Below are positions 1-9,649 of a stretch of 64,000 bases of DNA, piece after piece. Each line of letters begins with the position of its first letter. Position 1 is the first letter of the stretch. The DNA is taken from IMG/VR virus record IMGVR_UViG_3300009441_000007. One strand, 5' to 3'. Both the position numbers and the translations under genes were made by a program. The stretch comes from an uncultured virus (IMG/VR IMGVR_UViG_3300009441_000007). Lineage: Duplodnaviria > Heunggongvirae > Uroviricota > Caudoviricetes. Under the pieces are notes generated by a model. It made no database searches. It saw only the letters and a list, made by a program, of their open reading frames with translations, and was not told the origin of the DNA.

Positions 1-682
1 CACCAGCAACGGCTGCCTTTGCCACGAATTTTGTTCCCCCGCCGGCTATGTTAGTGACCAACTTGGCGCTCATTACTGCGAGTCGCGTCATCATGCTGTC
101 TTCTACATCGTCCAACTTTTTCTCTACGGCCTCATCCAACCCATCAAATGCCCCACCTGTCTTACCACCACTGAAATCCAACCCCATCGCCATCAGACCA
201 GCAATGCCTCCGATACCGGCGGCCATTTTGCCCTTACCCGCCATAGTCGTTTGGCCACCCTTAACTTCTTGTTGCGGGGGTTTAACTGTTTCCACCTTCT
301 CCGCCTTTGAAACCAGCGCACCGACACCGGCGACAGTGGCAAGCGTATTCTTTTTGATATCCTCCAAGACATCTATAATATCTTTGTTGTTACCAAGGTT
401 CTCCGGCAACGAAGAAACTGCGCCGCCAGCGGTCACTGGGGTAGTAGCGCCTTGGCCGGCAGCTACTCCATTCCCAGTTGGGAATTGTCTCACGTTATCA
501 TTGCTACCAATAGAATTAGATTGTCTCTGTTGTGGGCTACTCGACATTGCCGAAGCAATGCCATATCCGGCAGCGGCCTTGCCAACAGTTCCCGCAGCTC
601 GCAATCCGCTTTTCGCCACACCAGCCCCTGCTCTGAGTGCCATGGCTCCTACTCTACCCATTCCCATTAGTAGTGGTAACAT
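1..682 (-). CDS. Partial (runs off window start) Gly/Ala-rich protein, probable tape-measure / baseplate hub (gp29-like)
   Basis: Manual translation of minus strand from ATG at 682 (MLPLLMGMGRVGAMALRAGAGVAKSG...), open to window edge; GGGG SD-like upstream; lies downstream of gp26/gp51-like genes as in T4-like phages. Confidence 0.5.
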   Translation of the reverse strand, partial: MLPLLMGMGRVGAMALRAGAGVAKSGLRAAGTVGKAAAGYGIASAMSSSPQQRQSNSIGSNDNVRQFPTGNGVAAGQGATTPVTAGGAVSSLPENLGNNKDIIDVLEDIKKNTLATVAGVGALVSKAEKVETVKPPQQEVKGGQTTMAGKGKMAAGIGGIAGLMAMGLDFSGGKTGGAFDGLDEAVEKKLDDVEDSMMTRLAVMSAKLVTNIAGGGTKFVAKAAVAG

Positions 683-686
683 TTCT

Positions 687-881
687 TTATCCCCATTTGT
701 TTTGTTTCATGCTGTCCGCTTTCTTTTTTAGATGTTGGACTAACATTGCAATATATACTTGCCTTTCCCACGGAATCCAACTCTCTATTTCTGATAAACT
801 GTATTTATGTTCTTGCATCAATAAAAAGTTGGTCTTGAAGTAATTCTCTAAGTTCTCGTGAAAAAGGCTTATACGAAAAAA
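687..881 (-). CDS. gp51: gp51-like baseplate hub assembly protein, probably expressed as a -1 frameshift extension of gp26
   Basis: Manual translation FFRISLFHENLENYFKTNFLLMQEHKYSLSEIESWIPWERQVYIAMLVQHLKKK...; resembles marine T4-like gp51 (L.NY...NF.LMQ.HKYSL.EIE...PWER..Y); conserved part begins before the first Met. Confidence 0.75.
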   Translation of the reverse strand, partial: FFRISLFHENLENYFKTNFLLMQEHKYSLSEIESWIPWERQVYIAMLVQHLKKKADSMKQNKWG

Positions 882-1570
882 TCGTAGTACCCATTTAAGT
901 ACGCTGTGTTTTCCTTTTCACAACTTGCACATTTGTATTCAATAGTATTTTCTATCACTGGCATCGTTTCAAAAAAGTTCTTTATGTGAACAAATTGTTC
1001 CGATGTAAGGTTGTTGACGAACTCTTCCCTCTCTTCAGGGTTTAACGCATCCTCATCAAGAATAACATCACCGTAATAAATCTTTTCTATACACTTTTCT
1101 GCGACCCTGTAAATATCATTTTCTGTCTCAGACTTACCAAGTTCTGCAAGTTCAGTCGCAGTTGGGTATCGCATCTCCAATGATATATCTTCCGCGATAC
1201 TAAATTCTTTTGAATGACCCTCGGTCTTGTTCAGTTTAAAAGCATCCAGACTGAGGTCAACATCCATTGATTTCTCACAGTGGCCGCAGACTAGTCTTAT
1301 ATTCACGGTGTCTGATATTGAAACTTTCCTTAGTTCTAGAAAGATATTTTGCATATCAAAGACGGGTATCTCATCACCCATCACTTCACCAAAGGAACAA
1401 TTGGTAACCACTTGTTGCGTGGCCTTTATCATCTCACTCTGGTCTTTTGTTTCATTTGCTAATACAAGTAACTTCTCTTCCTTTACTAAGAAAGGCCTGA
1501 ATTTTACTTCCCTATCCAGAGAGTGTACATACACATCTATCAATGGATGTTCTGTTAGTGGTAGTGCCAT
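869..1570 (-). CDS. gp26: Baseplate hub assembly protein gp26 (copy 2)
   Basis: MALP...FRPFLVKEEKLL motif, CxxC pairs, MRYPT motif, FF.TMP; start refined to MALPLTEH at 1570. Confidence 0.85.
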   Translation of the reverse strand: MALPLTEHPLIDVYVHSLDREVKFRPFLVKEEKLLVLANETKDQSEMIKATQQVVTNCSFGEVMGDEIPVFDMQNIFLELRKVSISDTVNIRLVCGHCEKSMDVDLSLDAFKLNKTEGHSKEFSIAEDISLEMRYPTATELAELGKSETENDIYRVAEKCIEKIYYGDVILDEDALNPEEREEFVNNLTSEQFVHIKNFFETMPVIENTIEYKCASCEKENTAYLNGYYDFFV

Positions 1571-1571
1571 A

Positions 1572-2270
1572 TTATTCTCCATACTCAGCGTCACCAAAAT
1601 ACCCATTCATAATCGCAGTGTTTTCGGTTTCACATTCTACACAATCGAACTTAATTGCATTTTGCACTACGGGTATCGTTGCAAAAAACAATCTTATTCC
1701 TTCAAATTCACGTTTTGTCAAGTTGTCTATAAACTCAACCTTTTCTTCTATTGATATATCCGTTATTACTTCTCCATCATGTTCCACCGATTCAATGCAT
1801 ATTGATGCCATATCATAAAACTCTACATACTCCTCTACCTTAGTTGATTCCATTATCTCCCCAGCAGTTGGGTATCGCATAGTCACAATCAGGTCATCTT
1901 TGAGAAGAAATCGTGGCGCGTGGGTTTCGTCATACACTATTCTAAAGTCATCCAACTCCAGCGACACGGTGTTCACGGTAGCACATTCCATGCATGTTAT
2001 CAACCAATCTGGCATTTCTACCTTGGACAGTTTCGTCAATGCAATCCAAATTGACTGCAAGTCGAATATTGGTAGTGTAGTTCCATCCACCCTACCTAGA
2101 GAACAATTAGTAATACTCTCTGATATATACTTTAATACTACATCCCTCGGCGAATCTGGTGACTGCAAAAGTCTTTCTTCTTTAACCAGAAGCGGCCTAA
2201 AGGGAACTTTCTCATCTAATGAAAAAACATAGATGTCTGTTAAATCATACTTTGGTGATGGTAATGCCAT
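1572..2270 (-). CDS. gp26: Baseplate hub assembly protein gp26 paralog (copy 1)
   Basis: MALPSPKY, FRPLLVKEE, CxxC, MRYPT, FF.TIP, CxxC; aligns along its length with the adjacent ORF. Confidence 0.75.
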   Translation of the reverse strand: MALPSPKYDLTDIYVFSLDEKVPFRPLLVKEERLLQSPDSPRDVVLKYISESITNCSLGRVDGTTLPIFDLQSIWIALTKLSKVEMPDWLITCMECATVNTVSLELDDFRIVYDETHAPRFLLKDDLIVTMRYPTAGEIMESTKVEEYVEFYDMASICIESVEHDGEVITDISIEEKVEFIDNLTKREFEGIRLFFATIPVVQNAIKFDCVECETENTAIMNGYFGDAEYGE

Positions 2271-2285
2271 TATAAACCCTAATTA

Positions 2286-2918
2286 TTAATCCAATCTATC
2301 CAGAACATTATGTGCAATTTTATTCTTTATTGCACTGCCGATACTTCCCTTGCGGAAGTCCAATATACCAAACAAGTTTTGTGAATCACTCGCATCCACC
2401 CCTTTAGATGTCCACCGCCTAAAGGCGAATGTAACATTGACTCTGACTATGCCTTCTGCACTTTGCCCCATTGGTAGAATATTTAACAGTCGTGGGAATG
2501 CGTCATGTAGTTTCCACTTTGCTACTCTGTTGTCTGCCCTGTCTAATGAATAGACTTCTATCTGTCCGTTGTATGCATCTGGGAAAGTAACTTCCTTGGT
2601 TATTGGGTCTGCTATAAGAGTCATCCAACTCTCAAAGTAAGTTCTAATATCCCAGTTGTCATCGCAGAAGAATGTGAAAGCTGCTGTGTCACCAAAGTAT
2701 TCTAAACCATGAGCTCTCTGTTCCGTCCACGCACCAATCATGGTTGGAGACCATTTGAGTTGCAGGCCTGGGATTTGTGCCTCTTCACAGTATAAAGAAA
2801 CCTCTCTGTCAGCCCTGTGTTTCTGTGGACTCAAGATTACAACTTCAAATCTATTAGACCTAGCAAGGTCATCTTTTCTGACCTGAGATATGAAATCTTG
2901 TGTTTTGAAATAAGCCAT
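2286..2918 (-). CDS. gp54: Baseplate-tail tube initiator (gp54-like, gp19 fold)
   Basis: LARSNRFEV, C....PG, FESWM, L.DAFP, VTFAFRRW typical of tube-fold gp54; synteny. Confidence 0.75.
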   Translation of the reverse strand: MAYFKTQDFISQVRKDDLARSNRFEVVILSPQKHRADREVSLYCEEAQIPGLQLKWSPTMIGAWTEQRAHGLEYFGDTAAFTFFCDDNWDIRTYFESWMTLIADPITKEVTFPDAYNGQIEVYSLDRADNRVAKWKLHDAFPRLLNILPMGQSAEGIVRVNVTFAFRRWTSKGVDASDSQNLFGILDFRKGSIGSAIKNKIAHNVLDRLD

Positions 2919-3487
2919 TAAATCATTCTCCTAGATTCTTGGAATACTGTGTTCTTACTGACATTGAAATCTTCCACTGGCAGAAATATTGCCGCCTTCC
3001 AATCCTGTGGGTTTATTTCAAAAAACCTAGACCTAACTTGACTATTTAAATATCTCTTCACACATGGTTTCACGCCTGGGAATCTGGTTGCGTTTTGCAA
3101 CAAATCCCAGTTGTACCGCATGGTTGTTTTATCACCAATCTTACGATCGTTTGTAGTCCCCAATAGTTGCCCCAGTAGTTGGGCCCGCAACATGTATGGT
3201 AAGTAGTGTAGATTTAATCCCCAGAATCCATTCTTTGTTGGTTCAAATGGAAGACATAGTGGAAACGCATCAAAGTATGGAAGTTTGTCTTTGAATTTTG
3301 CATCATACCGAAACAAGTACATTGACCCCACATCAAACTGACTCACTGGTTTGCCGATGTCTGAGGAAATTGCACTCGCTGGAGTGTTTACGCCGCGCAT
3401 GACGTTGCGTACTTGATTTTTATACCAATCAAATGACTTTGCACTAGAGCCAGAGTTGGGTCTTAATTGTAAAAAAGGATTTGCCAT
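2918..3487 (-). CDS. gp2: DNA end protector protein gp2
   Basis: MYLFRYDAKFKDKLPYFDAFPL, FWGLNLHYLP, PCVKRYL, W..AIFLP. Confidence 0.9.
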   Translation of the reverse strand: MANPFLQLRPNSGSSAKSFDWYKNQVRNVMRGVNTPASAISSDIGKPVSQFDVGSMYLFRYDAKFKDKLPYFDAFPLCLPFEPTKNGFWGLNLHYLPYMLRAQLLGQLLGTTNDRKIGDKTTMRYNWDLLQNATRFPGVKPCVKRYLNSQVRSRFFEINPQDWKAAIFLPVEDFNVSKNTVFQESRRMI

Positions 3488-3492
3488 ATCCC

Positions 3493-3500
3493 TATTTATA
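3493..3500 (-). promoter_or_regulatory. T4 late promoter TATAAATA for gp2 operon
   Basis: Exact TATAAATA on minus strand 5 nt upstream of gp2 ATG. Confidence 0.75.
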
Positions 3501-3518
3501 ACATTAATAAATAACTAG

Positions 3519-3869
3519 ATGGAAGTAACTATATTTGAACCATCCGCATTCACCCTCTCAGTTGCCGCTGTCGGCAAGGTGAAGACTTTGATGCAACAGG
3601 AGGATAACGAGAATCTCAAACTACGGGTATTCGTCACGGGTGGCGGTTGTTCTGGTTTTGAGTATGGGTTTACTTTCGATGAAGATGTAGCGGAAGATGA
3701 CAGTCAAATCAACACAGATGGTGCCGGACTCTTAATCGATTCGTTAAGTTATCAGTATTTGGTTGGTTCGGTTATTGACTATCGGGAAGACTTGCAGGGT
3801 TCGCGTTTCATCGTAACAAACCCCAATGCAGCGAGTACCTGTGGGTGTGGGAGTTCCTTCTCTATCTAA
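3519..3869 (+). CDS. erpA: Iron-sulfur cluster insertion protein ErpA (HesB/IscA family)
   Basis: [34 protein letters not shown] signature. Confidence 0.9.
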   Translation: MEVTIFEPSAFTLSVAAVGKVKTLMQQEDNENLKLRVFVTGGGCSGFEYGFTFDEDVAEDDSQINTDGAGLLIDSLSYQYLVGSVIDYREDLQGSRFIVTNPNAASTCGCGSSFSI

Positions 3870-4303
3870 TTGTAAATGCCAAGTTCTTTTTCGGTGACTA
3901 TCATAAACTCCCAATCACGGTCATCACAGAATTCTTGTGCTGACTTCCACTTTGCTTGATTGACACCATATGATGCAATCTCAGCCAAGTATCTTTTTGT
4001 CTTCCTTCTTTGTTCAGGTGGTTTAGTGAACCTAGAGGGTTTGACTTCTATTATGTATGTGCCGGTAGTTGTCTTCATATAGAAGTCGGGGTAGTATCTA
4101 TGTAGCCTTCTGTCCAGTGGAGACCTATAAGGTATAGCAATAGGTTCCGATGCCCATTCTAAAACATCGTTGTTTTTATCACACCAGTTCATAAATTTGA
4201 GTTCATACCCAGACCTATAAATAACTTGTGACAAGTTCCCCCGATACTTTTTTGGGTTTTTTGGAATAAATCTTCCCCGATGAATATCTTTCCTGTATAT
4301 CAT
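3866..4303 (-). CDS. gp4: Head completion nuclease gp4
   Basis: [40 protein letters not shown]; start could be 4303 or 4318. Confidence 0.9.
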   Translation of the reverse strand: MIYRKDIHRGRFIPKNPKKYRGNLSQVIYRSGYELKFMNWCDKNNDVLEWASEPIAIPYRSPLDRRLHRYYPDFYMKTTTGTYIIEVKPSRFTKPPEQRRKTKRYLAEIASYGVNQAKWKSAQEFCDDRDWEFMIVTEKELGIYN

Positions 4304-4305
4304 CT

Positions 4306-4313
4306 TATAAATA
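4306..4313 (+). promoter_or_regulatory. T4 late promoter TATAAATA upstream of gp48
   Basis: Exact consensus upstream of the gp48-53-27-5 operon. Confidence 0.75.
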
Positions 4314-4351
4314 GTCAAATAATGTCATAGTACTATTTATCGGAGTTTTAC

Positions 4352-5638
4352 ATGGGTGTTTATAACTGGTTGGATAAAAAATTGGGCGGGGTATTGCCCG
4401 GCGGCAAACCGTATGGGAGTGACAGTGACCCAGTAGACGTAAACACTACTACCGCCACATCTTCTGGTGATCCCACGGCGATTAAAAATGAAACTCCAAG
4501 TAAAACAAAGTCAACCTTTCAAATGTTATCGTATCCAGACGGATTGGATAATACAGCAGAATATCCCCACCAAGTAATAATCAATGTACTCGTAAGAGAA
4601 ACCCAAGTAGAGGGTGGAACTGGTGCCAATTTGCCATCAGGCGGCAGGGGGGAAAGTATGGGGGCAAATCTGGGCAATGACGCTGCAAGGAAGGTCGTGG
4701 AACAATTTACCAAAGCTGTTGTCGTTGGTGGAACCGCAGCCTATGCTGCTAGTAACCTATCGCTTAAGTCTGGACTAGTTGCCGGCGGCGCTGTGTTGCT
4801 TAGAGATGATATAGCATCGGCAGTATCGAACTTGGTAGATGTAAATACTACCCGAAAAAATGTTGCACAGATTCGATTGGCTATGATGCAATCCCCGAAA
4901 AACGTACAAGGAGCAGAATGGACTGCTACTGATATGGGGGGCATTCTGGGTGCGATAATGAATAACAGTGGGGATAAGGGTATTAGTGACATGTTGAAGT
5001 CGGCCGATATGGGAACTGAAGCTGGTCAGTCTCTTCTTAGAGCTGGCGCTGGAGCATTGAACCTAACAAAACAGATGGGATTGAATTTACCACTACAAGC
5101 AAGTATAGAATTGCTGTCCCGTAAAGTTGCAAACCCATTCAAGGAAACATTATTTAAAACAATGGGGTTCAGGTCATTTCCATTCACCTTTAAATTCGCA
5201 CCAAAGAACAGTCACGAATTATTACAGACAATGAAAATCGTTAATGTATTTGAAAGATACATGACCCCGAAGAAGTCGGCCGCTGCGTTGTTCATGGAAT
5301 ATCCCGCTGAATTTGAAATCATCTATATGTACAGGGGACAGGAGAACGCCTACTTCACCAACTTTTTCAATGACACGGCATTAACCTCATTTGAAGCAAA
5401 CTTTGGTAACGGTGCAATGTACACCTCATTCCAAGGAACAGACGGTGCGCCATCAGAAGTCACTCTGAGTCTGCAATTCCAAGAACTGACTCTACGCGAC
5501 AGAGATAAAATAACAGACATAACCGACCAAGAATCTGTGATGGGTGGTTTCACAGGCATTGACCCAACAGCACAGGGTGAAACGGTTGCCGAAGTAGAAG
5601 CTGCGACTAACATAGAGGAAGAGGAGGCACAACAATGA
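4352..5638 (+). CDS. gp48: Baseplate tail tube cap gp48
   Basis: NPFKETLFK...FRSFPFTFKFAPKN..E, YP.EF.I, L.L.FQE; synteny before gp53. Confidence 0.8.
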   Translation: MGVYNWLDKKLGGVLPGGKPYGSDSDPVDVNTTTATSSGDPTAIKNETPSKTKSTFQMLSYPDGLDNTAEYPHQVIINVLVRETQVEGGTGANLPSGGRGESMGANLGNDAARKVVEQFTKAVVVGGTAAYAASNLSLKSGLVAGGAVLLRDDIASAVSNLVDVNTTRKNVAQIRLAMMQSPKNVQGAEWTATDMGGILGAIMNNSGDKGISDMLKSADMGTEAGQSLLRAGAGALNLTKQMGLNLPLQASIELLSRKVANPFKETLFKTMGFRSFPFTFKFAPKNSHELLQTMKIVNVFERYMTPKKSAAALFMEYPAEFEIIYMYRGQENAYFTNFFNDTALTSFEANFGNGAMYTSFQGTDGAPSEVTLSLQFQELTLRDRDKITDITDQESVMGGFTGIDPTAQGETVAEVEAATNIEEEEAQQ

Positions 5639-6144
5639 GTTTCTTTAAACAATTTCCAAGAACTTTAATTACGGTTGATGGCAACCTACTAAACATTCCC
5701 GATATATTTCGCCGTGTTGGCCCGAATAAATTATTCGATAACATGGCAATGATGAATCTCTATGACATTGAAGATGGTCAAAAACCTGAACATATCGCCT
5801 ATGATGTGTATGGTTCGGTTGATTACTATTGGTTAATATTGATATGTAATAATATCATAGACCCATATCACGATTGGCCCAAGTCGGAGTTGGATGTAGT
5901 AGAATTTTCCAAACAAAGATACGGTGATGACAACTTAAATAAGGTGCATCACTACACAGATTCAACTGGAAAGATTCGTGTGAACTATGACCAGACTAAA
6001 TTTAACTCTAGTGCAATTGTTGCTGTATCAAATATCCAACACGAAAGAGATACCAACGAGACAAAAAGACGCATCAAACTACCAAGACCAGAATTCATAG
6101 AGGAAATATCTGGCCAGTTTAAAAAATTAATCAGGGGTAGATAA
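5635..6144 (+). CDS. gp53: Baseplate wedge subunit gp53
   Basis: SFFKQFP, YDIEDGQKPEHIAYDVYG..DYYWLILICNNI.DPY.DWP, NE.KRRIK. Confidence 0.9.
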   Translation: MSFFKQFPRTLITVDGNLLNIPDIFRRVGPNKLFDNMAMMNLYDIEDGQKPEHIAYDVYGSVDYYWLILICNNIIDPYHDWPKSELDVVEFSKQRYGDDNLNKVHHYTDSTGKIRVNYDQTKFNSSAIVAVSNIQHERDTNETKRRIKLPRPEFIEEISGQFKKLIRGR

Positions 6145-6147
6145 TAG

Positions 6148-7599
6148 ATGTTGCCGAATGTAAACTCGCCAGGCGGAGTAACGATTGAACAAATTACTTT
6201 GTTAACCGCTCCAGAAGCTGGGGCGAAAGAGATTGATTTGAAACTATTTGTTGGTGATATAGTAATCAAGGAAAGTGTTTTCACCAATTACCTCACAATG
6301 GAACTGGCCATAGGCGACTCTCGAAATTTGATTGGTAATGTACCTATCGTGGGTGGAGAAATCGTCACGGTCAAACTGGTATCAAATCACCTCAATAGTA
6401 GTAGAGACTCAGATATCATAGAACAATCTTTTGTCATTGCTAGTATAGAAAATAGAATGTACAAGGATGACCGCGAAGAGTTTTATACACTTAACTGTAT
6501 AAGTCCAGAAGGATATAAAAACAATGCGGTTGTTATCAACGAAAGATTTAGTGGTTCGCCGAGGGAGATATTTGAAGATATCTATACTCGATACATTAAA
6601 GAACCAAAGGTTATATCAGAGGATGGTACTACAGATTCTCCACCATTAAATTTCCTTGACATTGCTGGCGGAGAAACTTTTAAGAGGTCAAATATTTGTT
6701 TCATTGCTAACTATTGGACACCATATAGGTGTATGAACTTCTTGACCAGTAAGGTTGCACCGGCATCGACCTCTGGGAAACAACTGATGCCGAATGTAAA
6801 ATATTTTCAGTCTACTAAAGGACACTCTGTTGTTAGTCTTTCTAAACTGGTTGCTTATTATAAGGCGCAGGGTGCTATCTATGATGAGTTTTTCTATATC
6901 CCAACAAAAGAGGATGCATTCCAACTAGACGAAAAACGGACAACTATCAGTGGGTATAAATTCCTGAGTCCTTTTGTGGGCAAACAAATGAGTACGATGT
7001 CAGATTTGAAGATTCCATTCTTCACCGATGATTTACTCGACCAAGTTTCTGGATACCAAGGAAGCATGACGATTGGGTTTGATATGGTAACTAGATTGCC
7101 GTATCACATGGAGTTTGATTATACTTCATCACAACCCGCAAGGCTATCACAAAATAAAAGAACCATACCAAGTGGATGGGATGATTTTGGACACATCGCG
7201 GATGTCACCCCCATGCGGAAGAATCCCATATCAGCTCCATCGAGTGCCATAAATGTACAACTTGGTGCATCGCAAATGTGGACTGACCAAGATTTTGGAT
7301 ATGATTGGAGATTTTTAGTAGACACCGCAGCAAGGGGCGCGGCCGATGCGGAACTGGAAAGACTGAAAGTTTCTTTTACTGTGCCGGGCCGCACAGATAT
7401 TGATTTGGGTATGTTGGTATATTTGAATTTTCCAAACACGGGCGAGAAGAGCTCGAACACCAAACCCGATGAAGTATTTGATTCTAGGATGTCTGGTGTA
7501 TATGTTATCACTGGGATTAGGCATGGTGTCTCTAGTGCTGATAATCAGCACAGTATGAGGTTGGATTGTGTTAGAGATAGTATGGGGAGTGTAGGTTGA
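6148..7599 (+). CDS. Baseplate hub protein (gp27-like)
   Basis: I.ESVF.NYLT..L.I.DS.NL...PIVGGE N-terminus; VPG...G, SG.Y.IT..RH C-terminus; between gp53 and gp5. Confidence 0.7.
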   Translation: MLPNVNSPGGVTIEQITLLTAPEAGAKEIDLKLFVGDIVIKESVFTNYLTMELAIGDSRNLIGNVPIVGGEIVTVKLVSNHLNSSRDSDIIEQSFVIASIENRMYKDDREEFYTLNCISPEGYKNNAVVINERFSGSPREIFEDIYTRYIKEPKVISEDGTTDSPPLNFLDIAGGETFKRSNICFIANYWTPYRCMNFLTSKVAPASTSGKQLMPNVKYFQSTKGHSVVSLSKLVAYYKAQGAIYDEFFYIPTKEDAFQLDEKRTTISGYKFLSPFVGKQMSTMSDLKIPFFTDDLLDQVSGYQGSMTIGFDMVTRLPYHMEFDYTSSQPARLSQNKRTIPSGWDDFGHIADVTPMRKNPISAPSSAINVQLGASQMWTDQDFGYDWRFLVDTAARGAADAELERLKVSFTVPGRTDIDLGMLVYLNFPNTGEKSSNTKPDEVFDSRMSGVYVITGIRHGVSSADNQHSMRLDCVRDSMGSVG

Positions 7600-9638
7600 T
7601 GATTAAATCAAAAACGAGATATCCAAATTTTAATTGGTGGCAGGGTGTAATAGAGGACAGGAATGACCCAGAAATGTTTGGGCGTTATCGTGTTCGTATT
7701 ATAGGTTACCACACACTTGATAAGAGTATATTGCCAACGGAATTCTTGCCTTGGGCAATCCCAATGCAACCAGTAACATCGGCTGCAATATCTGGCGTAG
7801 GAGTTTCGCCCACTGGGTTGGTAGAAGGTTCGGCCGTGATTGGGTTCTTTGTCGATGGGGATGATGGTCAGATACCTGTTATAATGGGTTCATTTGGAGT
7901 TGAGGATAATGTCCCAACGGGTGCAGATGAAAAACCGGAAACAACAGAGTCTCTTGCAGAAAGGGGATTCTTTGACCCCACTGGAAAATTTCCAAGAAGA
8001 AAAGAATTAAAGGTATCCGAAGATGAAGGATTGCTTGAGAAAGTAAAAAACTTCACTACCAGCACAACTGGAGACATACTAAACGAACTTGGCGATAAAC
8101 TGACGGGTGATGCTGAGGGTGTTGATGAGGTTGATGTCGGCAAGAATGTTTTGGGTGAAGCTTCCTCCTCTAGACTTTCTAGGGGTAGTGATGGAGAAAA
8201 TCATTATTCATTGAAGGGTAAGAGAGACTCACGCATACTCAAAATACCACGAGGATATGCAAGTAAGATAAGTGGATTTCATAACAAAGAGTTTCCGTTT
8301 GAACATGAAAATGACGGTGAACAAATACCAGTTCTGCCGGGCTCATACGCCCCAACATACTGGGACGAACCACATCCACAAGGTGTTGAGACATCTGCAT
8401 CCAAGTACCCATATAACCATGTTCGGGAAACGGAGAGTGGTCATGTCTTTGAAGTAGATGATACGCCTGGCGCTGAAAGAATCCACGAGTACCATACATC
8501 AGGGACATTTAGAGAAGTTCAGGCAGATGGAACGAAGGTAGAAAAAATAGTTGGTGATGATTACGTCATCGATTTAAAGAATAAACACATGTATGTTAAA
8601 GGTAACTTTGACCTCACGGTAGAGGGCGATTATAATGTCAACGTCAAAGGAAACAAGTACGAACATGTAAGTGGACATTCATATAATACAGTAAAAGGTA
8701 ATAGACTGAATAAGATACAAGGACATGAACTAATCGATACAGAGAGTTCATACTACTTGATAAATGCCGGTAATTTCAACCATGTCGTTGGAAGCACTGA
8801 TTCAACCAAGAAAGAAATGAGTAATTACAGGTTAAGAGTATTTGGTGAGACCAACACAACCCATAGTGGATTGCATAAGGTTTTCAGTGGAGATGATTTC
8901 AAACATATTGTCAGGGGAGACTACGGTGTATCTGCCTCATTGAGATCGGGGATTAGGCCGGGCGATGTACTGGAAGCAGTTAAAAGTGGCAGCGCCCCGA
9001 CAATCGATGCTCTTGTCCAAGGTGGTTCAATTAAATTTGAAGCGATTCAGAAAATCGACTTTGCTGGATTCCCAACCGATTTGCCGAAAGTGCCAGGCGT
9101 TCCTCTTGGTAGTTCAATTAACTTTGTCGCCGATAGAATTAATACCACCGCTAGAGTTGACCTGATAGAAAGGATTGGCCCAGTTTCACCACCCGCATAT
9201 CTTCAAGTAATCGGAAACAAGAAAACCTATGTTGTTTCTCCAACTGGTGTTGGTGGAGTTCAGACACATCTACTTGGTGCTGGCGTAATTGAAAATAAAA
9301 TTACAGGTATTGGTGCAATTAATAACTTGATTACGGGTGCTGGATTTATTAATTCTGCGATTGCTGGTGCTGGAACTATTACTCAAACTACTGGTGCTGC
9401 TCTTCCAACAACATTTGGAACACCTAGTGCAATTGCGATTGGAACCTCAAGTACAGTAATGAGAAATGCATCTGTCACAATAACAACGCCTCTAACCGCA
9501 ATTGCTTCTGCTGGTACTACCATGTCTGGTACACTGGTTGTAACCGGAGTGGTTACTGGTGCTGGTACAGTTCTTTCAACTCACGTTCATGCTATCGCTA
9601 GTGGTTCTTCTGCTGGTTCTACGGCAATACCGACTTAG
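7599..9638 (+). CDS. gp5: Baseplate central spike gp5 (no lysozyme domain recognisable)
   Basis: WWQGVIEDRNDP...GR.RVRIIGYH OB-fold, YPYNHV.ETESGH.FE.DDTPGAERIHEYH.SG, beta-helix repeats, C-terminal HVH. Confidence 0.9.
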   Translation: MIKSKTRYPNFNWWQGVIEDRNDPEMFGRYRVRIIGYHTLDKSILPTEFLPWAIPMQPVTSAAISGVGVSPTGLVEGSAVIGFFVDGDDGQIPVIMGSFGVEDNVPTGADEKPETTESLAERGFFDPTGKFPRRKELKVSEDEGLLEKVKNFTTSTTGDILNELGDKLTGDAEGVDEVDVGKNVLGEASSSRLSRGSDGENHYSLKGKRDSRILKIPRGYASKISGFHNKEFPFEHENDGEQIPVLPGSYAPTYWDEPHPQGVETSASKYPYNHVRETESGHVFEVDDTPGAERIHEYHTSGTFREVQADGTKVEKIVGDDYVIDLKNKHMYVKGNFDLTVEGDYNVNVKGNKYEHVSGHSYNTVKGNRLNKIQGHELIDTESSYYLINAGNFNHVVGSTDSTKKEMSNYRLRVFGETNTTHSGLHKVFSGDDFKHIVRGDYGVSASLRSGIRPGDVLEAVKSGSAPTIDALVQGGSIKFEAIQKIDFAGFPTDLPKVPGVPLGSSINFVADRINTTARVDLIERIGPVSPPAYLQVIGNKKTYVVSPTGVGGVQTHLLGAGVIENKITGIGAINNLITGAGFINSAIAGAGTITQTTGAALPTTFGTPSAIAIGTSSTVMRNASVTITTPLTAIASAGTTMSGTLVVTGVVTGAGTVLSTHVHAIASGSSAGSTAIPT

Positions 9639-9649
9639 GAGACTAACAA

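Noticed and set aside
48..731. 227-aa plus-strand ORF
   Set aside because: Antisense shadow of the minus-strand gene starting at 682, which fits the operon direction and has an SD
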